From NCBI GenBank assembly GCA_038496445.1, contig JALMLS010000309.1, positions 413,027-477,026 of the forward strand: a stretch of DNA of 64,000 bases, written 5' to 3'. Shown in pieces: positions 38,797 to 55,824 of the stretch. The translations under genes and the position numbers were made by a program. This DNA is from Trichosphaerium sp. ATCC 40318. Its lineage: Eukaryota; Protista; Tubulinea. How positions within the stretch are numbered: the first letter of the stretch is position 1; every line of letters starts with the position of its first letter. The notes beneath the pieces were generated by a model. The model was given only the letters and a program-made list of their open reading frames with translations, did no database searches and had not been told where the DNA came from.

Positions 38797-41700
38797 TTAC
38801 TTAGAACTATTACAGTCTCTTACAATTAGCCCTTGTTTAGAATAATCAAATGAAAAAAATATTCCATTGTGATAAAAAGAGTCTGGTTGGTACACATTTG
38901 CACTAACGGCCTTTAACTCAAGTTTACGATAATCCCATATATGCCAAGTATCCCCATAATAGCATGCTCCCTGTATAGCCATCTCTGTATCAGAGAAGCG
39001 ACATTGCCTTGATCTGTTAACCTTTATTCGTTTGATAGGCTCTGAAGTCTTTCTTAAGTCGTAAAGAGAAACAGCATCATAGCCATGCACTACAATCTTG
39101 GCTTCTTCAAACGGCTGATAAGATGCGTTTCCTTTAACACTAATACTCTTTCGCCACTTTAAATCACGTTTATCAGCAATGTACAGCGTATCAGTTCCCT
39201 AAACCCATAAGTGAACAAAAAAAAAAAAGTGATGAACTCAGAACAAAAGAAATAAATGTCTGTACACGGAAGTAAATGCTTGTGTCGCTTATCATCATTG
39301 TTCCATCATTAATTGAGTACTGAGATATTTGATCACTTTTTAAGGTACTGACCAAGTGCTCTGCTTCAATGTCATAAACATTGATTAATTTTGATGAACC
39401 TGATAAATAAAAAATCAACAAAACTAACCAGCAAAACAATAGAATTGAACGTCACGTGATTCAATGTCAAGATTGATTAACAAAACAAAATCGTACAATA
39501 CATCATAGCCATAGTGTTATCATGGGCATATACTGTATCTGGTGGACTCTTTGCATCAAATGTTGAAGTAGATAATTTGCTGCCTGTTTTGACATCAACC
39601 CAAACACATTCAGGTCCATTACATTCAAATGCCAATGTTGAGGTTCCACGCTTACAAAGTCGATATCTTTGTCTGGCATTAAATGGTAGGTGACATTTTA
39701 ATTGTGTTTCTAGAAAACACAGGTCAGCCAAAACGAAAACAGGAAAGAAAAAACAGATAAGAAAAGTCAAAACACGAAAAAACATGGTTTGAAAGGTTTA
39801 CTGCGTACGTGAAAAGTCTCGCGTATCAAATATGATGCCACAAGGTACATCCTTAGTATTAGCATAAGCAGATTGCATGAGAACATAAGCACCAAGCGCA
39901 TGATTTGGTCTGAAGGTAGCAATAAAAGTTTGTTTTTGGCATGTCCCCCTTGCCATGTTTAGATACCTTGCATCACGATGGGAACACTCTTTAAAGAAGC
40001 TGCTGTATATAGTACTACTATAACCATAGTATTGTTTAGTCATTTTCTTCCAAAGATAATCATCTAGATAGGCGAATAATCAGTCAAGAAGAAATTGCTC
40101 AAAAGACTTTAGGATTTTTTCTTTTTTTTTTTGATAAACACGTGTCCGTCAACGAACCAACAGTCGACTGGATTTAAACTTTTGGGTATTGATGTTATTC
40201 ATTATAAGGTAAATAAATGATAAAGAGTATTGTAAACTCTTCTTACCCAATGCAATGTGACGTAGTTGCTTTGAAACAAATGATAATCGAGCAAGATCTA
40301 TCATCTTCAAGTTTTTAGTAATACTTTCCCATGCTAATATTGGAATATCCTCAAGACGCATGGCAACGGCTGGCGGGTCAATTCGCCGTTTTGGCTGTTT
40401 AACACCAGAAATATAGAGTCCTACGACAAGTCATTTAGAAACATTAAAAAATACAAAAACAAAAAAAAAACAGAAAAAAAGCCGAACCTTTTCTAAGCTT
40501 ACTAATATATTCAAAGTCAGCTCTACTAAAATAATTACAATGTGCACGCATAGTACTATGAACCGTACTTATTGGCATCATTCGAATTATTGATAAGTTC
40601 AAAGGGCGTCCTCTGTAGAACAAATACAATCTTTGCAACATTCCTTAAGCAAAAATTATTTGACATTAAACTACTTAATAGGGCTTACACTAAAGGCGTC
40701 ATTTTAGATGCAAGAGAAGAATCAGGAAATACGACATCACTAAAATACTTTGACAAAACAGTCATATGCCATTTGTTATAGTTGTTGTGTCTTTAAGAAG
40801 AATTAGCGTTCAAATGCAACAAAAAAAAAACCAAACATATTGTTCGTACTTAACAAACTTCTCGATGAGCGACAGAACAAACAAACTGTCATTCTTAATT
40901 TGTATCCCATGTTTATATACAAATTTTAGTATATCAGTGCTATGTAAATTGTGCATAGCAATATTATATAGCACTTGTAGCTGGTGTCTGGTTTGTTGAA
41001 ACAAAACATTAGAACGTGATTTTTTTTTGGTTAAGTTTGATTTCCTTGTGAAGTATAACCATGTCTAACGTACTGTGTGGGTTTATATTTCCCTTTAGAA
41101 ACAATATAGATGAAGATATGGATAAAATACCACAGTAACCTTGTTTCTAAGCCGTGAAAAATCCACATGATTGGGTATTTTAAATGACTTTTTTCGATCT
41201 GATTGAATATGTATTCAGGAAAGTTCATACCATTATCGTTGATAGAATCAATAAGTATATTGGGTTCAATTAAAGTCAATGCATCGAGTATACGCGTTAA
41301 TTGGCCAAAGCCTTGCTTATTTTCCGTATTTCTTTCGAGCAAACAAAACAAAGGTGCTTTTCCTGTTTTTTTATTAGTATTTTTTTTTGTCTTCGATCAC
41401 GTGTTGCAATAAAAAAAAAAGAGGAAAGTCTCCGTACCTTTTATATTCTTTGCATAAAAATCAACTCCTCCTTTTTTCATCATCTTCACAATATTGACAT
41501 TTAAGAAGCGTCTGCATGAAGGACTCAAATACAAGTGCAATAAATTATTGTTTCCTGAAAATTTCTTACAAATGTCATCACCGCTGGCTTCAAGAACAGC
41601 TCTATTTCGTATCATAAGTCTGCTTACATTGTATATATACCTTAAAACGTACGTTACGATTTTAGAAGACCCACAAGAGCACACAAACTTGAGCAAAGAA

Positions 41701-42192
41701 CGCGAAGGTTTGAACCCTTTTTTGGAAACACAAATGTAAAGAAGCCTATTAATAATTCCTGAGAAGAGCTCAACGTTATCTGACGTACTTTGGTACAGGC
41801 CACCTCTCAGTCCTTGATGTTGTCGTATCATTGAGATGAATTATAGCTTGAATAAGAGATTCTACAAGTACATTCAGCAAAATCGATGTTAAACGACTTC
41901 GGACCTTTTACTTCGCTCTTGATTAGTTCTAGAAAGCGTTTGAGAACATTCTTAAGCTTTTGATGTATAATAAAGTCGAAAGCGGCTTTTTCCCAACTAT
42001 TAGCGCCTCCTACGTTACGTTACGTTGTAGTATGATGTATGCACAGTACCAGCTCTTTCGTTGTAGCCGTGGTATATCGTTAAATAGTCAACAACGCCTC
42101 TAACGTCCTGAACATTTCTAAAATCATCAGAAAACGATATTCCACTATAATCACCTTAAGAACGTCCGTTTCTGCTTCTTAATACTGCTCAT
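38797..42192 (-). CDS. Multi-exon ankyrin-like + F-box + divergent beta-propeller (WD40-like) protein
   Basis: ANK-like NNLLHLYL..KGGVDFYAKN. The exon ending KLRKG (~40488) splices in frame via 40420 into F-box LEDIPILAWESITKNL..LARLSFVSKQLR. C-terminal INVYDI, VSLYDLR, WHIWDYR. Confidence 0.6.
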
Positions 42193-42867
42193 ACTCTTTG
42201 ACTGCTTGTGTTCTTTACGGACAGTACGAAGGAGGGTCAAGAGCTACGTGTGTTAGTGTGTTGATGACTTTCTGCTTTTTTTGAGAACTTCTGTTTGTGT
42301 CATTTTTTCATGAGACCCGTACAAGATTCAAGAAACGTTCACACTACAGGGTAAGAGGTTTACATAATGGTACCAATTCAAAGTTCTTCAGTCTGATCAC
42401 GTTAAGGTCACGTGTCAGGCATACAATAATGCCAATAGTTCCTCAATTGCTTGTGTTAGTGTAAAAGCCGTTGGTATTCTCTGCGATCAAGTGTTACGCA
42501 GCTGGTTGTAGCCATTTCTTAAGCAATACTGCTAGCAAATAGTTTACACTAACGTAAACAGCCTTTGGCGTATCTGAAAGATTTACTTCACAAGCAGTGC
42601 TTTTGGAGAAACTGCTTCTCGCTTTACTCACGAAAGTTAGTTGTCAAATTTTTTTTGAAAATGGTATTTGACGAGTCAAAGTCCCTCAGAGTCCTTAATC
42701 AAAGCGCACGGAAGTCACGGCGGCAGTAGCCGCCGTGTACCTTTCCCAAAGGCGTGCAATTTCGCGAAACAAATCAACCCATCTTAGGCTACTTTATGAC
42801 GCAACTGGCTTAATTCGTTTCAAATAAACGAATCACGATTTCAACCACGTTACACTCGTACAAAAAC

Positions 42868-43754
42868 ATGTCAGGCCACGTGATTCCTACATTGGAGAAA
42901 GTTCGGAGTAAACATTCATTATAATATTATCTAGGAGTCTAATAATTATCCTAGGTACTACCGCAAGCGATGTAAATGCAATACAATACCAAATTCATAG
43001 CTAATTTTTTTTTTCAGAACCAACAAGATGCAAAGCGCAAAAAGCTCCAAAAAATAGTCATGTCTATGCCCCAGCTTCATATAAAGCTTAGTAAAATGCC
43101 TTTGGATAGACTACGGTTTATGGCGACTCAACTGGATGTCACGTGTGACGAGAATGGTAATAAACAAGAAGTTATTGATGCGATTTTACAAAAAAGAAGC
43201 GAGTTAAGACGGTCCGTCATATTTTTTTTCTAGACTCCCGAATGACAAATATCACAGAGCATCTAATAAACCTCCTTCACGTGCACCACCTAAACCATGT
43301 ACAAATATACCTTCAAAGCATACTGGACGAAGAAAACCTGAACTGCATTTACGACAACTATCAATGGAATATGGCAAACTTTTTAGTCACTTAGATAAAG
43401 ATGACAGCGATGAAGACGATAGCTCCGACTTGCGTAATGCATACAAAGCCTTACCACCACCTCCGGGAAAGAAAGCATTTGTACAGGGAGTCAAGAGTAG
43501 TACAGATCCGAGACCAAGGAAGCAGTACCCTATGGGCGCTAGAATGGATAGATATCACAGCAGCGGTAAAGAATCAGATTTTAGAAGGCACTTAACAGAA
43601 CACGCAAGAAGGAAAAAAGCAAGGCACGTGTTGGTTTTTTTTATATTTTTGTTCATATATTGCAACGCTAACGGTACATGTTTTTAGAGGTCATCCTAAA
43701 GTTTCCTGCTTGGGGTATGCCAAGAAGGCTAAGAGAGAAATACATTTCGCATAA
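42868..43754 (+). CDS. Hypothetical basic protein with SAP/Rho-N-like helical motif (multi-exon)
   Basis: LSKMPLDRLRFMATQLDV...NKQEVIDAIL; exons join through short introns. Confidence 0.5.
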
Positions 43755-43984
43755 TTGTTATTGGATCTTAGTTGGTGAATTGTCAAACTGACCAGGCTTC
43801 ATCACTTGCTTTTTTGCGCTGAAAGAAAGGACCATAGGCGTCCTTGTGAATAATCAAAACCACTTGTAAGTAGTATTGTAACAACACGAATAAATTAACT
43901 ATTATTTTATACCACATGTATTTTACAGTTTTTTTTATCAAATGGCATTTTGTACTTGCGAAGAAACCTTTGTCTTTTCGCACT

Positions 43985-45383
43985 TCAATTTGATTTCGAA
44001 GCACCTTGGAGGAACGCTGATAATTTCTTTTGTTTGTCAGAGAACTCATTATCACCTGTAGCAGCAGGATTGTCTCCGTGGAACGACCATTCAACCCAAC
44101 TTAGTCGAAAAGTTAAAAAGAACAACAAGTAGATCTGTATTTTATATGCTACGCACGCGCCATCATAGTTACTTCCTGGATCCCATCCAATAAGATATAA
44201 AGAAAACATCACTTGTGTTGTACGCACACCTATGCTATAATAAAAGAAAACGAAGTAGGATTCTGTATTTACCAGATTGACAATAAAACACGTGTTTTTT
44301 TTCTTTATCAAAAAGAAGCTCTGCTATTCTTTGTGTCATGGTAGCATCCCAGTATTCGTTAGATTTACTATCCCTAAAACACTCGTAGTGTAGTAAGTGG
44401 CCCCAAGGGATTCGACCTGGTCTACAGAGTATCACTGACTGAAAACACATCAAACAAAGTCGTACCTCGAAGCACCCATCTTTTTTTGTTTTCCTGACCA
44501 CTCCTCGTATGTTCGAACGTCCCAGAGTACAGTATTATCATCACCCTTTGTATCCATAACATAGCTCATAGAAACCATCCAATGACTCGTTGTACAAGCG
44601 GATGCCCGAAAATTACCTGCAACATTCAATACAAACATAAAAAAAAACCAATTTCAATACCAACTTTTAAAGCTTTTCCAGACTTGAACCTTTCCACAGG
44701 ATAACCTTTACTCTTCCACGCTTTAAACAGTACTTCAGTATATCATTTTAAGCATCAACGAAGACATACCAGTAAACCCTCCATCGAGAATCTTCGTATC
44801 CTTTTTGCTCTGTGAGAAAGATTCTTTGATAAAAAGGTTCTATCCACACGTGCCTTACCATAGTATTTACATGCCCACCAAAGCCTCGTAGAGTCGTACT
44901 TATAGTCATAGAAAACCTTCAATGTGATGACATTATTTTTTTTGTCAAAAACGCTTTGATTTAGCACGTGCTTACAATAGTACTGTCATTATCTGCTCCG
45001 ATTTTCTGTTGAAGGAATTTTTCGAAATTTGTTTTGTCAACCAACAATCCTCCTATTTTACCTGGCTTTTCGTACTCTTCTCTCCATACGCGTATTGAAG
45101 AAGGGATATGTCCCTTTTTTGAAATGTCAACAAAAACGTTTTGGCTTACAAAGCATGTTTCTTCTTTGTATAGATATTGCAAGCGATATAGACGCGTATT
45201 ACCTTAACAACGTAGTCCGGCGTCATTGCGACAGCAACAACGATTAAATTGACAGTGTCATCTTCCATAAGCGCCTTGAGGCCATCAGCCGATACAAGAG
45301 CGTCGCCGTTAACAAAACCCTACGTTTTTATTAAAATGCGCTAAAAGTGCGGTATGTACCTTGTAGTTGTTAGAAGAAGCCAT
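43985..45383 (-). CDS. Tandem-domain rhodanese / thiosulfate-mercaptopyruvate sulfurtransferase
   Basis: GHIPSS, RLWW, LDGG, WDVRT.EEW, GRIP, active-site YCQSGVRT, YDGSWVEWS. Confidence 0.9.
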
Positions 45384-45497
45384 ATACTTGTATCGCCGCT
45401 GTGAAGACAAAGTGTAAACTTAATCATTTAAGCCATTTCCATCAGGTAACCAAATCGCCACAATAAACCACACGCGTGCTGCAAGCGATAAAATACC

Positions 45498-46255
45498 ATG
45501 TTCCACGCACCAACACATTTGGCAGAACATAACAGGCTCCCTGGTTATTGCCTAGCGAGCTTAGGCTACGGCTTGACCCATGGTATGTAGAACGAAATTA
45601 AATTAAAATAAACAAATAAGCGATAGATACCGTCTAATTATCTACTAGGATGGGTTCGCTCGTTTATGACAGCAAATCGTGGGATAACTCAAGTTTTCCA
45701 ATACACACGAAAGTGTATTACTCAAAGCGGCATCAAATACGGCGTAGCTGGCTCTACTTTCTTCCTACTTAATGCTGGGCTCCATCATTACTGGTTTGGT
45801 AAAGATACTCTCACTGGCAATGTAATTGCTGCTGGTACAGGTGGTTTTATATGGGGAACACTCACATGTACGTACAATGGATAAAAACCTAAACCAACAG
45901 AATACTCAGTAAAAACGCTAAAGAAGCGTCTAAAATGCTTAAACTTACATAGCTAACATTAATTTTAGCGCCTCTTAAGAAATATTGGTGGTCTGGCGCT
46001 GTTATGGGTGCAATGATTGCAGGCCTTTATCATATCACTTTTACATACGTTGGTGGTGTTACTAGAACTGCTCGACCAGCTGCAGTCGCTTTATACAAAA
46101 AACAAAAGCTACGTACAGAGTGGTACGAGTTAATGGACGATAGACGCGATTATATGCTACCAGCAAGCCATTATGATGATATTCGCCTTCAAGAGCGTAA
46201 AACGCTTTTGGCGCAGAAGTTGGATAGAATTGACACCAAGCTTGGACCTCTATGA
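45498..46255 (+). CDS. Tim17/Tim22/Tim23-family membrane protein
   Basis: Gly-rich TM helices GVAGSTFF, KDTLTGNVIAAGTGGFIWG, GAVMGAMIAG; three exons. Confidence 0.6.
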
Positions 46256-48579
46256 ACACTATAAGGACAAGAAAACGCGTAAAAAACGAGAAGGAAGAAA
46301 AATCAAGAGAAATCACTTCGAGAGTCTCAAATTTTTTTTCGTTTCTTTCTCTCTTTTATACGATATGGGTGTTCTTTTTAATCTCTTTTTTATGAAAACA
46401 ACACAACCACTTACAAGATATACAAATGTATTATTTTACAACCAAACAAAAAAAAAAAAATGAAAAAAATTTCAAATCCGCCTGGTCTTTGGTGTATGTT
46501 CTGTTTTTTGTACTTGGTACTGCACCACGAAGATTTTTTTCAGTTACTTTGTTATGATTTTTTTTTTTGGGCACGCGCCACTGTAGATAATCACTACACT
46601 CCAGAAGCGTTATAATAATATTGTGTCATTGGCCTCTGACCAAGAAACGGTAGACTGATAGTTCGTTTTGTTCGCATTTTTCTTAAACGATATTCACGTC
46701 ATACCCAAGCACCTCAGTGAAAGGCTCAACTCAGCTAGAATGGCGCTACAGCTACTAGCTCCTTTCGTTTACAGCGTAAACGGGTTTTTTTTTTCAATAC
46801 TGGTTCAGTCGTTGAGCGGAGTGTCCGCACTCATATCCACTATAAAGCCTTAACCGCATGGGAAACAGAAAAAACAATCTAAGGCGTAGTATACTGGTTC
46901 AAGGTGCGGAGTTGTGTTTCTGTTAACAGCTTTTCTTTTTTTCTTGCCACGTGAATAATCAGTTAACGCCATAAATAGATACAATCATGAATGTTCATGT
47001 TGTGTCTTCAAAGTAGAAATGGTCATGAGTGCCAAAAAATGATTATGTACTAGTGAATGTGCTGGGCTTATCCCTTTTGGCGTGCAACCAGTTTCACAAT
47101 CGTGTTGACGCTCATTTAGCCGAAATACAGTTTTTTAACTATAACTTCTGTTTTTAACTGAAACAAAAAGGAACGCAGACGATATTTGTTTCTACATGGT
47201 ATGGTATACATTTCTAACGGGTTTTAAAAATTTTTAGTACATCACGTGATTCACAATACATGTTTTCACGCAAGACAACTACCTCCCGTTTTTTTTAACA
47301 ATTTCGAAAGATTGCTTTCTTTTCTCTGATCGATCTACCAGCCCATCTAGGCAATCAGGTTCTATAGTTGTGCTTGGGTTGATGGATCTCTTCTCATTGA
47401 TTTCTTAAAGGCGACCTTGCATATCTCGTAAATTTTCACGTGACCGAGAACCGAAAACTGTTCTTTAGAAAAAACATGCACTGTACAGCCTCAGCAAAGT
47501 AAAGCAAACGGTTTCTTGAATATAATTATAGATTTGTTTCTAAAAGTGGAACGCAAGTGTTCAATTTGCAAGAAACTTGCAGTATTTTAGTCGTCTTGTA
47601 CTTCGTTTATTAATCAAAACACAATACGACCATAACAACGTAACCGCAACATCACATCATCTACTTTAACAAAGCTTAACAATGTCATTTACAACAACAA
47701 AGAGAACAAGCAATAGACCATCATACTTTCATCTAATGAGACACTGGCGATGTGCTCCACAATCAAGAGGCACTACAACAAGTCGACAAGCGCCACAAAT
47801 GACAAGATTCTTATGGCGACACAAAGTATCAAAAAAACGGTCACAACAAAAAACACTTGTAAAACAATGCAGGATCATCAAAGCTACACAACCTTTACGT
47901 ATCATAAAGAAAAACACAACATCAAAATTCCAATATACAGTACTAGAACGCATGTGTGTAACATACATTGTAAATAACACAACACCAACAATAAAACGTT
48001 GATTGTAAAAAAAAAACCCGAGATTATTATTTGAAGGAGAGCTCTGATTGCGCTGACGCATTGTCTGCCAAGCGACACAAACTCTGTTCTCCCAAAGTAA
48101 CAATAAACTGTTGAAGTTTATTCAAGAAGCATAACTGGCTGTATCAACAACGGGAAGGCCAAGAGGTCTTATTACAGACGAACAAGCTCCGAGGTACAAA
48201 AATTGCACTAATGAATTTCTTTACAATTTAATCCTATTGTTTTAACTCTGCTCCCAAATTAACTTACATAATTGTTTCTAATTTAAGGAAAATAATATTT
48301 TGACGCAGATATCAAAGATATTGCTTCAAACGTACTACAGCTCGAGAACCGCTACTTTCAGGGTGATACATAGTGCAAGCTTTTCATAAGTGTCATAAAA
48401 GCAGTAAGTGGCAATACCGCTTGAAAATAACTTATGCTCAACTTGGCATTATACTAATTATTGATTTGTTGGCTGTAGTTTGTATTGGTTAGTATCTTGT
48501 ACATCCAACAAAATGTAAGACGTCATAGGCATTCAAAAAACAATTTTTTAAAAATTTTGTAATTTTGGTAATTAATCTA

Positions 48580-48651
48580 GTCTCCGTGGTGTAATTGGAA
48601 GCACATGTTACTTCAGATTTCAAAGATGGGGTTCGAAACCCTACGGATTCA
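48580..48651 (+). tRNA. Degenerate tRNA (Trp-like body, TCA anticodon), probable pseudogene
   Basis: A box TGGTGTAATTGG, D stem GTGT/GCAC, loop CT-TCA-GA, T arm TGGGG-TTCGAAA-CCCTA. Acceptor and anticodon stems each have 2 mismatches. Confidence 0.6.
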
Positions 48652-49066
48652 ATGATTTTTATTGTCATACAAGACCAATACGTAACTTATTTCCGCTTTG
48701 CAATTGACAGGAAATATTGTACTACAACTACACTGAAGATGCTGCGTTGGTGACAACCTGAGGTGTTTAACTTTGGAGTCCTTGTGTAGTTTGGCCAAAA
48801 GTGCTTTTGGATTAATTGCTTGATGTGGAATATAATTATTAATACATAACGATGTTCCAAAGAATTAATACACGTATGTGTATTCCAGTTTTAATTGTAC
48901 TGTTGTTTTAAACAAATAAACTCAGGTCCTCGTTACTACATGCACTGGCGTTATTAGCATTTACATAATTCATATATCCAATTCAACACTTACAAGGTTT
49001 GTGAATAGATTCTTTACCTTGATATTCGTTAAAGCGATAAAAACTTTTTTTATTCTTAATTTATTC

Positions 49067-51850
49067 TTAACCAAGCTTTTTCCCACGTGTTTCGTAAGGT
49101 AAAATAGCCATAAACAAAGAACCAACACCCATAGTTCCAGCAGCAATATACCTAAAACAGTAAGCATGTATTTGCGTTTACAAAAAGAAAAAAACCAAAG
49201 GACATACAAAGGTAGCTTCTGATTTACTGAAAGAAGCCATCCAGTAGCAATAGGTGCAAAAATACTAGCAAATCGACCAAACCCTAAAGAGATAAATCAA
49301 CGAATAAATCTACAATAAATATTGGGTTGAGCGCCCTAAAGACCGAGCAATCAAAAGTTCTTTTGCCTTGATTAAAGAACAAATTACTAACCTGCACAAA
49401 TTCCAACGGCTGTTGACCTCACTTCCGTAGGATATATCTCTGGCGTATACGTATATGTAGCAGCATACATACTAAGACAATATTAAACACATAAACAAGG
49501 AAGGTTCACTACATACACTTGAGAAGTGGCATTAATGATACAAGTGAATAAGATAATCTTCCATTGTTCTTTTGATATCAAAAACAAAAACATGGCAATA
49601 CCACTATACGTTGGTTAGTACAATCATACTATTGTACACATTAAAGTACTAATTACCTCATAAGCGTAGCTGGAGCCATTGTAAATCGTCTTCCAAGGAA
49701 GGTGTCAACTAACCAAGCACCTGAGAAAATAATAAGAAACCAGTCACATAAATCTGTCAAAGAGCTATTAGAAAAGTATATTTTACCTAGTAGAGATCCT
49801 GGAACACCAGCTGCTGCATAAATAAATGAATCACGATACACTTCAGATGTAGCAAGATGCTTTCCTTGGAGATATTTTGGCAAAAAGGCATTGAACTCTA
49901 TTGAAAAAACAACCTTTAGCTCTTCAAGCTTTGTGATCGATAATTTGTGATCTTTTTTGTACCTGTGTATGACCAATTTGTGAATAACCATATACCCCAT
50001 AATAAGATAGTAGTAAATAACATCTTCTTAGAGAGTATCATCTTAAGTAATTCAAGAGTTGGTTTCTTTTTAGTATTCTCTTTTACATCCACCTACAATT
50101 CTTTAACTATTCTGTAAGAATAAAAAAAAAAGGTCACATACTACTAACTCAAAGTCATCAGGAAGCTCATCTTGCTTTCCGTTGCTCTTGGCTAATTGCT
50201 TGAGGATTTCTTTTGACTCCTCAATTTTGCCAGTCTTATAAGTGATTAGCGGCGTTTTAATCGTTCAACAAATCAAAAGCAGATTCTTAGCGTACCTTGT
50301 ACAAGAATAGAGGTGACTCATGTAACCCAATACGCACAAGAAACATTGATAAGTTAATTAAACCTACAGCACCAACAAGGTAACGCCATCCTCTAACACA
50401 TGGATTAAAACAAAGCATAAAACAAACATTATAAGAGTCGATTACCTGTTGCCTTTTGAGTAACAAGGTGGTGTATCCTTGTCACAACTGAACTTAGGTA
50501 ATAACGCCCAGGCAAGCCCAGACGCAACTGAAGATCCTAATATCCAGAATAAAGAAAGTAGGACCATAAGTCTGCCTAGAAAAACATCAGAATAAAGTCG
50601 CTGGCACTACATCTTAAAACTGATAACGTACCACGAAGTTTTTCCGTAATAAACTCAGCAAACATAGCACCATCAACTGGCATGTTGCCACCTACACCGC
50701 TTCCCATAAAGAAAACGAAACCAAGCTAGTGGTAAGTAAGTCACGTGCATGAAAAGGTTCAAGAAAAATTTCGAATAAAGGTGAGACTGAATGCACGCGT
50801 GTTCACATCACAACACAATGGCGTACCAATACCCAATAGTTTGGTGAAAAACAAGCAGCAATACCAAATATTGCTGATATCATTAGCGTCCACATAAAAG
50901 CTGGCTTTCTACCAATGAGATCACTCAAATAACCCTTAAATAGGTTAACGTTTCAACAACAACAAAAAAACTGTTTCGGATTTTGCACACACGTGCTCAA
51001 ATGCTAGAAATAAAATAGGTAGCATCATTAAATGTTACGCTGTTGCAACAATGGTACGTAGGTTCATTTGTACATTGTGTCTTTGTCAAAAGAATAAAAC
51101 AGTTCCAAAGACAACTACTTAAAATTGGTTGACTTTACTCAAACGCACCCATAATAATCCGCCTACAAGCATTCCAGAGAAATCAGCAGCAGGCAAAAGA
51201 GCAATAAGACCGTCTGAAATGCCTTTTAAAGAAATAAAAATCACAAATCATCAAGTGATGCGCAATGGTGTTTAAAACATACCCCATTCTAATTGCACAA
51301 CTGGTATAATCAATGAGATAGTCTAATAAACGTAATTAAGCCTGTTTCTCTTTTTGCTCGAAAAGTCAAAAAACTTTTTTTGTCAATGACGAGATAATAC
51401 GAGCGTTAAACGTACACTGGCCCACATATTATCAGCCATCCATCCTAAGCCGCATATAAAAAGTAATCTGATTTGATACCAACCAAACCCTTTATAAATG
51501 CGTTAGTCTGCATTGAAATCGTTAAAGAAACATGCCTATGATGCCTAAAACCTCATCAAATTCGTAGGGTTTAGAATTCGCGCCATTCACGAGCAAATGG
51601 TGTTGCTCGGTAAATCCCTTGAGCTCTCCAGCTTCTTCATCCAATTTAACCACTGAGTGGTCGTCTTGGCTAGGTTTTCGGTTTGTATGGCGTAAAAATA
51701 CGCTTCGTCGCACCTCATTGATAGTTTCACCGGTACAATCCGAGGAAAAGACAATCAAGCGATTAAGTGGCAAGTATAAGCGAGTTTTCGCAAGATTTGG
51801 CTAATTTCATTAGTTCTTTGTACGTTGTTAGTTGGGTATGTGCCCATAGC
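49067..51850 (-). CDS. MFS transporter, SV2/SVOP-like (multi-exon; start approximate)
   Basis: GFGWYQI..LCGLGWMADNM, SDLIGRKPAF, GVGGNMPVD..FAEF, LHESPLFL, DTFLGRR, YTPEIYPTEVR, LPYETRGKKL*. Confidence 0.88.
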
Positions 51851-52283
51851 GTAGAACAATAAAAGAATCATTGAACACTATCGTTAGGTATCTGGATCAC
51901 GTGATAATGCGTTTATAAACTGAAAGGTTTGTCTGCTGACATCCCACACGCGTGACGATTTACTTTGTCAAGTTTCGTTACTTTCAGTAGCTATGCACAC
52001 TTCGTACGTTCATGATGGCCATTCAATCGGAGCTAACATTACACACGTGGAACGACCAGACTGATTGTAATAAACTGCTTGTAGTTGACGAATAGATAAA
52101 TAGTGATTTCGGTTGAACCTTTGGCGCACTTACTAACGTATTTGATACTTCTAGAGATTTTTATTTTTTTTTCTTTCTTTGCACTTTTGTTTGATTTTTT
52201 CTTTTTTTCGTTTCTCTTTCTTTACAAGGGTTGGTTTCTTTATGCGCCTTTTGACGTCTTTTTGGGCTTGCATGTATGGTCTT

Positions 52284-53849
<1,566 letters not shown>

Positions 53850-53968
53850 TTATTGGTGTATTTTAGAATAAGTAATAGAACTATGCTTTTAGCTGACTCG
53901 CAAAGCGGTCTCCAGTTTTCGCTAGACGCTTTTTTAGATTTGAACAAATAAACTAATTGTACGCAACA

Positions 53969-55351
<1,383 letters not shown>

Positions 55352-55824
55352 AACACAACTTACACTTTGTAACTCTCCTCTCCCTTAAAACGCTCGCACT
55401 CACTCACTTTCTTGACCTAAAACATCAGGAAATGCACTTATGAATATGATATAATTATCATTTATTTTTATGTGCATGTAATCGTTGCACAGTACTTGAA
55501 TTTTTTTTGTTGGAAAAAAGCAGGAAACTCTTGCTTTTTTTTTAGCCTTTTGAAGAAGTTCAGCTTTTGTGTATTTGTCAAATAAACCTTTTCACCAAGA
55601 CCATAATATTGATGTTTCGATTGGCACGTGTTTTTGAAAAAGTGGTTGTGAGGAACTACTTTATACACCCGTTTGACGGTGTTCGGTGGAATGAGCATAT
55701 AAGTTCATAAACACAATAAAAAGTTGTTTGCTATTGAACAATTAACGTTACACTACAATAAAATCCTGATCCATTTGTACTATGTCAAGGTTGTTATTTG
55801 TTTTTCTTTGCGGTATATTGTATG

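Noticed and set aside
46500-48500. Overlapping ORFs at 47682-48103 as genes
   Set aside because: Low-complexity A/C-rich sequence with no recognisable motif or consistent exon chain.
48580-48651. tRNA-Sec or UGA codon reassignment
   Set aside because: There is no long variable arm, and intact genes here (23286 ORF, kinase) end in TGA.
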